DNA of 32,000 bases, from positions 1,080,001-1,112,000 of the forward strand of contig NC_000916.1 in NCBI RefSeq assembly GCF_000008645.1, read 5' to 3'. Origin of the DNA: Methanothermobacter thermautotrophicus str. Delta H. Its GTDB lineage: Archaea > Methanobacteriota > Methanobacteria > Methanobacteriales > Methanothermobacteraceae. Positions 28,185 to 32,000 of the stretch are shown piece after piece (the stretch's first letter is position 1; each line of letters opens with the position of its first letter). The translations under genes and the position numbers were made by a program. The notes beneath the pieces were generated by a model, which had not been told where the DNA came from, ran no database searches, and saw nothing but the letters and a program-made list of their open reading frames with translations.

Positions 28185-29210
28185 ATGAGGATAAGCCCTG
28201 AAGAGGAAGTTAAAATCATAAAGGAAATACTCACCGCCATGAATGTTCCGGAGGAGAGCTCAGATATAGTTGCAGACGTCACACTGGACGCTGACCTGAA
28301 GGGATTCAGCTCACATGGAATCGGCAGGTTCCCCCAGTACGTTGATGGGTTGAGGCATGGAACAATAAGGGCAGATGGTGACATAACCATTGAGCGGGAA
28401 ACCGAGTCAACGGCCCTCATAAATGGTAACCACATATTCGGACACGTTGTTGCCTACAGGGCCATGGAGCTTGCCATTGAGAAGGCCAGGAATACGGGTG
28501 TTGGCCTTGTCGGTGTCCATGACTCCAACCATTTCGGGGTCGCCGGCTACTACTCTGATATGGCCGTCATGAATGACATGATAGGTGTTGTTATAGCAAA
28601 CACCGAGCCGGCCGTCGCACCCATCGGGGGCAGGAAACCCATCCTTGGAACAAACCCGGTGGCCATTGGCATCCCATCAAACAGGTACTACGTCTCCGTG
28701 GACATGGCAACCTCTGCATCGGCCAGGGGAAAACTCCTGGAGGCCGCCAGGAAAGGCGAGAGCATACCTGAAAATGTGGCCCTGGATGCAGAGGGTAAAC
28801 CCACCACCGACCCTGAAATGGCCCTTAAGGGCTCCATCCTCCCCTTCGGTGGACACAAGGGATACGCCCTCTCATTCATGATAGAGATACTTGCAGGGCC
28901 CCTCGTTGGTGCTGCCTTCGGAACCGCTGTCACGGGAACAGCGAACCCTGAGGAGATGTGCACCAAGGGAGACCTCATGATGGCCATCGACCCATCAAAG
29001 ATGGTTGACCCCGATGAGTTCAGGGCCCAGGTTGATGAATTCATTGAGGAGGTTAAATCAAGCGGTGACGTCCTCATACCCGGGGACATTGAGAGCATGA
29101 ACATAAAGAGAAGGCGTGCTGAGGGTATCGAACTGGATGAAAAGCTCCTTGAGAGGATTCTTGGAATAGCCAGAGAACTTGATATAAATCTCGAAATTAA
29201 GGAGTTATGA
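28185..29210 (+). CDS. comC: Ldh2-type malate/(R)-sulfolactate dehydrogenase
   Basis: [49 protein letters not shown]; directly upstream of comD and comE. The malate dehydrogenase/ComC distinction is not decidable from sequence alone. Confidence 0.82.
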   Translation: MRISPEEEVKIIKEILTAMNVPEESSDIVADVTLDADLKGFSSHGIGRFPQYVDGLRHGTIRADGDITIERETESTALINGNHIFGHVVAYRAMELAIEKARNTGVGLVGVHDSNHFGVAGYYSDMAVMNDMIGVVIANTEPAVAPIGGRKPILGTNPVAIGIPSNRYYVSVDMATSASARGKLLEAARKGESIPENVALDAEGKPTTDPEMALKGSILPFGGHKGYALSFMIEILAGPLVGAAFGTAVTGTANPEEMCTKGDLMMAIDPSKMVDPDEFRAQVDEFIEEVKSSGDVLIPGDIESMNIKRRRAEGIELDEKLLERILGIARELDINLEIKEL

Positions 29211-29704
29211 AAGTGGATAGCAGCGAAGCTGTTTACGCGGGTATGAAGGATGCAGGGATAGACTTCGCCGTCAGCGTCCCCTGTGTGAATCTCAGGACGG
29301 TCCTTGAAATGGTGGATGCCGACCCTGCCATCATGCACGTACCGGTTACCCGGGAGGAGGAGGGCTTCGGTGTTGCAGCCGGGGCCCACATGGCTGGAAA
29401 GACAACCGCCATACTGATGCAGAACTCAGGCCTCGGTAACTCAGTGAACGTCCTGGCCTCCCTCTACAGCCTCTACCATATCCCCATAACCATGATTGTA
29501 AGTCACCGGGGCACCGAGGGAGAGTTCATGGAGGCCCAGGTGCCCATGGGAAGGGCCACCGGGGATATATTGAGGATCCTTGAAATACCCTTCAGGACCC
29601 CCAGAAGTCCTGCTGAGGCCAGGGAATCCATAGGAGAACTTACAGATATCTCCCTGAGGACCAGTAAGGCCGTGGCAGTCCTGCTGGATGTATCCTACTG
29701 GTGA
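29207..29704 (+). CDS. comD: Sulfopyruvate decarboxylase alpha subunit
   Basis: [50 protein letters not shown]. Confidence 0.93.
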   Translation: MKVDSSEAVYAGMKDAGIDFAVSVPCVNLRTVLEMVDADPAIMHVPVTREEEGFGVAAGAHMAGKTTAILMQNSGLGNSVNVLASLYSLYHIPITMIVSHRGTEGEFMEAQVPMGRATGDILRILEIPFRTPRSPAEARESIGELTDISLRTSKAVAVLLDVSYW

Positions 29705-29708
29705 TATG

Positions 29709-30263
29709 ATGCTTGAGAGAATTGAAGCCATAGAAAGGATAACGGGTGTCCTTGAGGATGAGCTCGTCATATGTAACCTTGGGTTTCCTTCAAGGGAGCT
29801 CTACAGTATCAGGGACTCGCCAAGGCACTTCTACATGCTTGGATCCATGGGGATGGCATCTTCCATCGGGCTTGGACTCGCGCTTTCACAGGAGCGGAGG
29901 GTGGTTGTCCTGGACGGTGACGGTTCCATCCTCATGAACCTTGGAGGCCTGGTCACTGCAGCTGCACAGTCCCCTGGGAACCTCATCATAGTCCTCCTCG
30001 ACAACAGGTGCTACGCGACAACCGGCTCACAGTGCACCTACGCCGATGTGATAGACCTTGGGGCCGTTGCAGAGTCCATGGGCTTCAATGTGATCAGGTT
30101 CGCCGATGATCTGAACTTTGAACAGGCACTGGCGATGGATGGTCCTGTTTTTGCCCATGTCCCTGTGAAGCCCGGGAACGCCGATGTCCCTGTCATCGAT
30201 CTTGATGCAGAGGAGATAATAGAACGCTTCATTAAGGAGGTCCGGGGAGCCACTGAGGATTGA
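29709..30263 (+). CDS. comE: Sulfopyruvate decarboxylase beta subunit
   Basis: [46 protein letters not shown] (ThDP-binding GDGS). Start 29706 or 29709. Confidence 0.92.
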   Translation: MLERIEAIERITGVLEDELVICNLGFPSRELYSIRDSPRHFYMLGSMGMASSIGLGLALSQERRVVVLDGDGSILMNLGGLVTAAAQSPGNLIIVLLDNRCYATTGSQCTYADVIDLGAVAESMGFNVIRFADDLNFEQALAMDGPVFAHVPVKPGNADVPVIDLDAEEIIERFIKEVRGATED

Positions 30264-30287
30264 AACATGTACCCTGATTTTAATTAG

Positions 30288-32000
30288 CTATCCCCTGTAG
30301 GTTGCATAGAAACCATCGGTGTCGGCATAGACCGTGTGGAACCCAAATTCCTCTGCAGTTTTTATTGTTTTCTTGATATAGTCCCTGCCCCATGCGGTTA
30401 TGGCCTCGGCGCACTCCATTGAGTACCAGCGGAACCTTGAATACCCATATACACCGTACATGGTGTTTGCAAGTCTCTTGAGGGCCTCCTGCTGCACATT
30501 GAGTATCTTCCTCTCCATGGGATCATCTGATCCCTTCATCTCCTCCTTGATCCTCACCCTCTCTGAGAGTATTTCACCTATAACCGAGGGTACGAATCCC
30601 CTCGGACTTTTGCGGAACCTGTAACCGTATTCAGGTGCCACGTAGCATTCAGATTCCTCGTCATCTGTCAGGGTGTCCGGTGAGATGTTCTTTGAGATTA
30701 TTATGCTTGGGTAGAGGCTCCTGAAGTCAAACTGGACTATGTTCTCGTGGAGACCCTTCTCTGGTTCCTTGACGTATCCGCCGACCGCCCTGCGACCCCT
30801 CCTGCTGGAGAAGTCTGACTGGGATGGCTTGTTTGGTACCAGTTCCCCGTACTGGTATGCCTTGCGGACAAGGAACCATTCCGCCTGCTGACCTGTTGCC
30901 ATGCGGGAGATGTCGAATAGTGGCTGGCCCACCAGCCGGGTGAGCTCCAGGTTGAGGGGGAGTATCTTCTCTGCTATCCTGTGGGTTGCAACAACATCAT
31001 CCAGGGAGTACCTGAAGAGTTCATCCCTCAGCTCATCCCGGTCCCAGTACTCCCAGAGCCTGTCACCGGGGAGGTCGATCTTCTCCTCGCCGAAGAGTTC
31101 CTGGTAGACCCTCTCCAGGGTGTACCTGTCAAGGTTCATGTACCTCCTCATGACCGGGTAGAGGTCCACGTGCACCGTTCCCTTTATGGCCGTGGCGTTT
31201 GCAAAGCCCCTCCTCATGGTCCTGATCTTTGAACCATCCCAGCCGAGGTCGAGTTCCGCGCCCAGGATAGCCGCCCTCCTTGTTATGTAGGGGAAGTCAA
31301 AGTTGTCTGAATTGTATCCCACCAGTATGTCCGGTTTCTTATCAATTACGATCTCTGCGAATCTCTCAAGGAGTTCCCTTTCATCCTCAACCACCTCAAC
31401 AAAGTCAAGGTGGTCGCCGGCCGTTGATATGACAGATTCGTAGCCCATGTTACCGGCGACACCAATCATCACTATCTCGTCCTTTTCAGGGTCAGGCATG
31501 CCATGGGGGTTCCTCACCTCGATGTCAAAGCTCAGGATGTCGAGTCCATGTGCCCCTGAACCTGTGCTCTGGACCCTGCCGGTTACCTCCACCGTCCTGA
31601 CATCGGTTGTCACCGATGGTGCTGAGTCCACCTCAACACCCTGGAACTCCAGCTCCTCCATGGGTACTATGGATTTATCTATTAGGTAGCGCCTGTAGAA
31701 TGGGATGTCATGTTCCCTTATATCCCTGACAGATTCCAGGTCCCTTATCCTGTCCCTGATCTTTGGCACGTCCTGGGGGTGTCTGAATTCGATTCTGATG
31801 ACCTCTGTGGGCCTTCCAAGGTCCCTCATCTCTTTGACTTCAAGTTTCTCCAGTTCCAGTTCCTCAAGCTCCCTGAGGCATTCATCGAGGTCTGTGGGGA
31901 TTGCGTATATGTAGGGTCTGAATGAGCGGTCATGGGCTATAATGGGCTCATTTCCGCCGCTTTTATCCTTACCGAAAAGTCTGATAACCGGGACCTCATC
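30288..32000 (-). CDS. polB1: Family B DNA polymerase, large subunit of a split enzyme; 5' end beyond window
   Basis: LSFDIEV (Exo I), [13 protein letters not shown] (Exo II), [13 protein letters not shown] (Exo III), [12 protein letters not shown] (motif A), NTMYGVYGY (motif B), YADTDG (motif C), then stop. Frame stays open to position 32000. Confidence 0.95.

Noticed and set aside
1-32000. CRISPR arrays, integrases, transposases, toxin-antitoxin or restriction modules
   Set aside because: No regularly spaced repeats and no ORF with recognisable features of these systems. The window is dominated by core methanogen genes.

Overview
This window looks like a chromosomal segment of a thermophilic hydrogenotrophic methanogen, most likely Methanothermobacter. 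That assignment is from recognised protein families and gene order, not a database search. The gene content is mostly housekeeping and cofactor biosynthesis. It includes a minus-strand operon of MinD/Mrp-type P-loop ATPases, NifX-like metal-cofactor carriers and a DUF134 regulator. It also includes probable MCR-activation marker proteins (mmp7/mmp17) and coenzyme M genes (comB, and comC/mdh-comD-comE). Others are mptA (methanopterin), cofG (F420), purP/purM, trm1, taw2, psmB, an aCPSF1/FttA-like beta-CASP nuclease, a class II-like histone deacetylase next to an Lrp/AsnC regulator, and the large subunit of a split family B DNA polymerase. I see no CRISPR array, transposon, rRNA or convincing tRNA, and no clear new defence or accessory system. 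The most interesting sequence signals are: (1) a perfect 22-bp palindrome abutting the start codon of the DUF134 regulator, just downstream of a TATA box; (2) a perfect 22-bp palindrome centred on the start codon of the histone deacetylase gene; (3) a duplicated 3' gene end at the left edge; (4) an 8-bp tandem repeat running through the stop codon of the mmp7-like gene; (5) an orphan TATA box plus hairpin in a gene-free interval; (6) the DNA polymerase B fission right after motif C. Several start codons in the ORF track should be moved.
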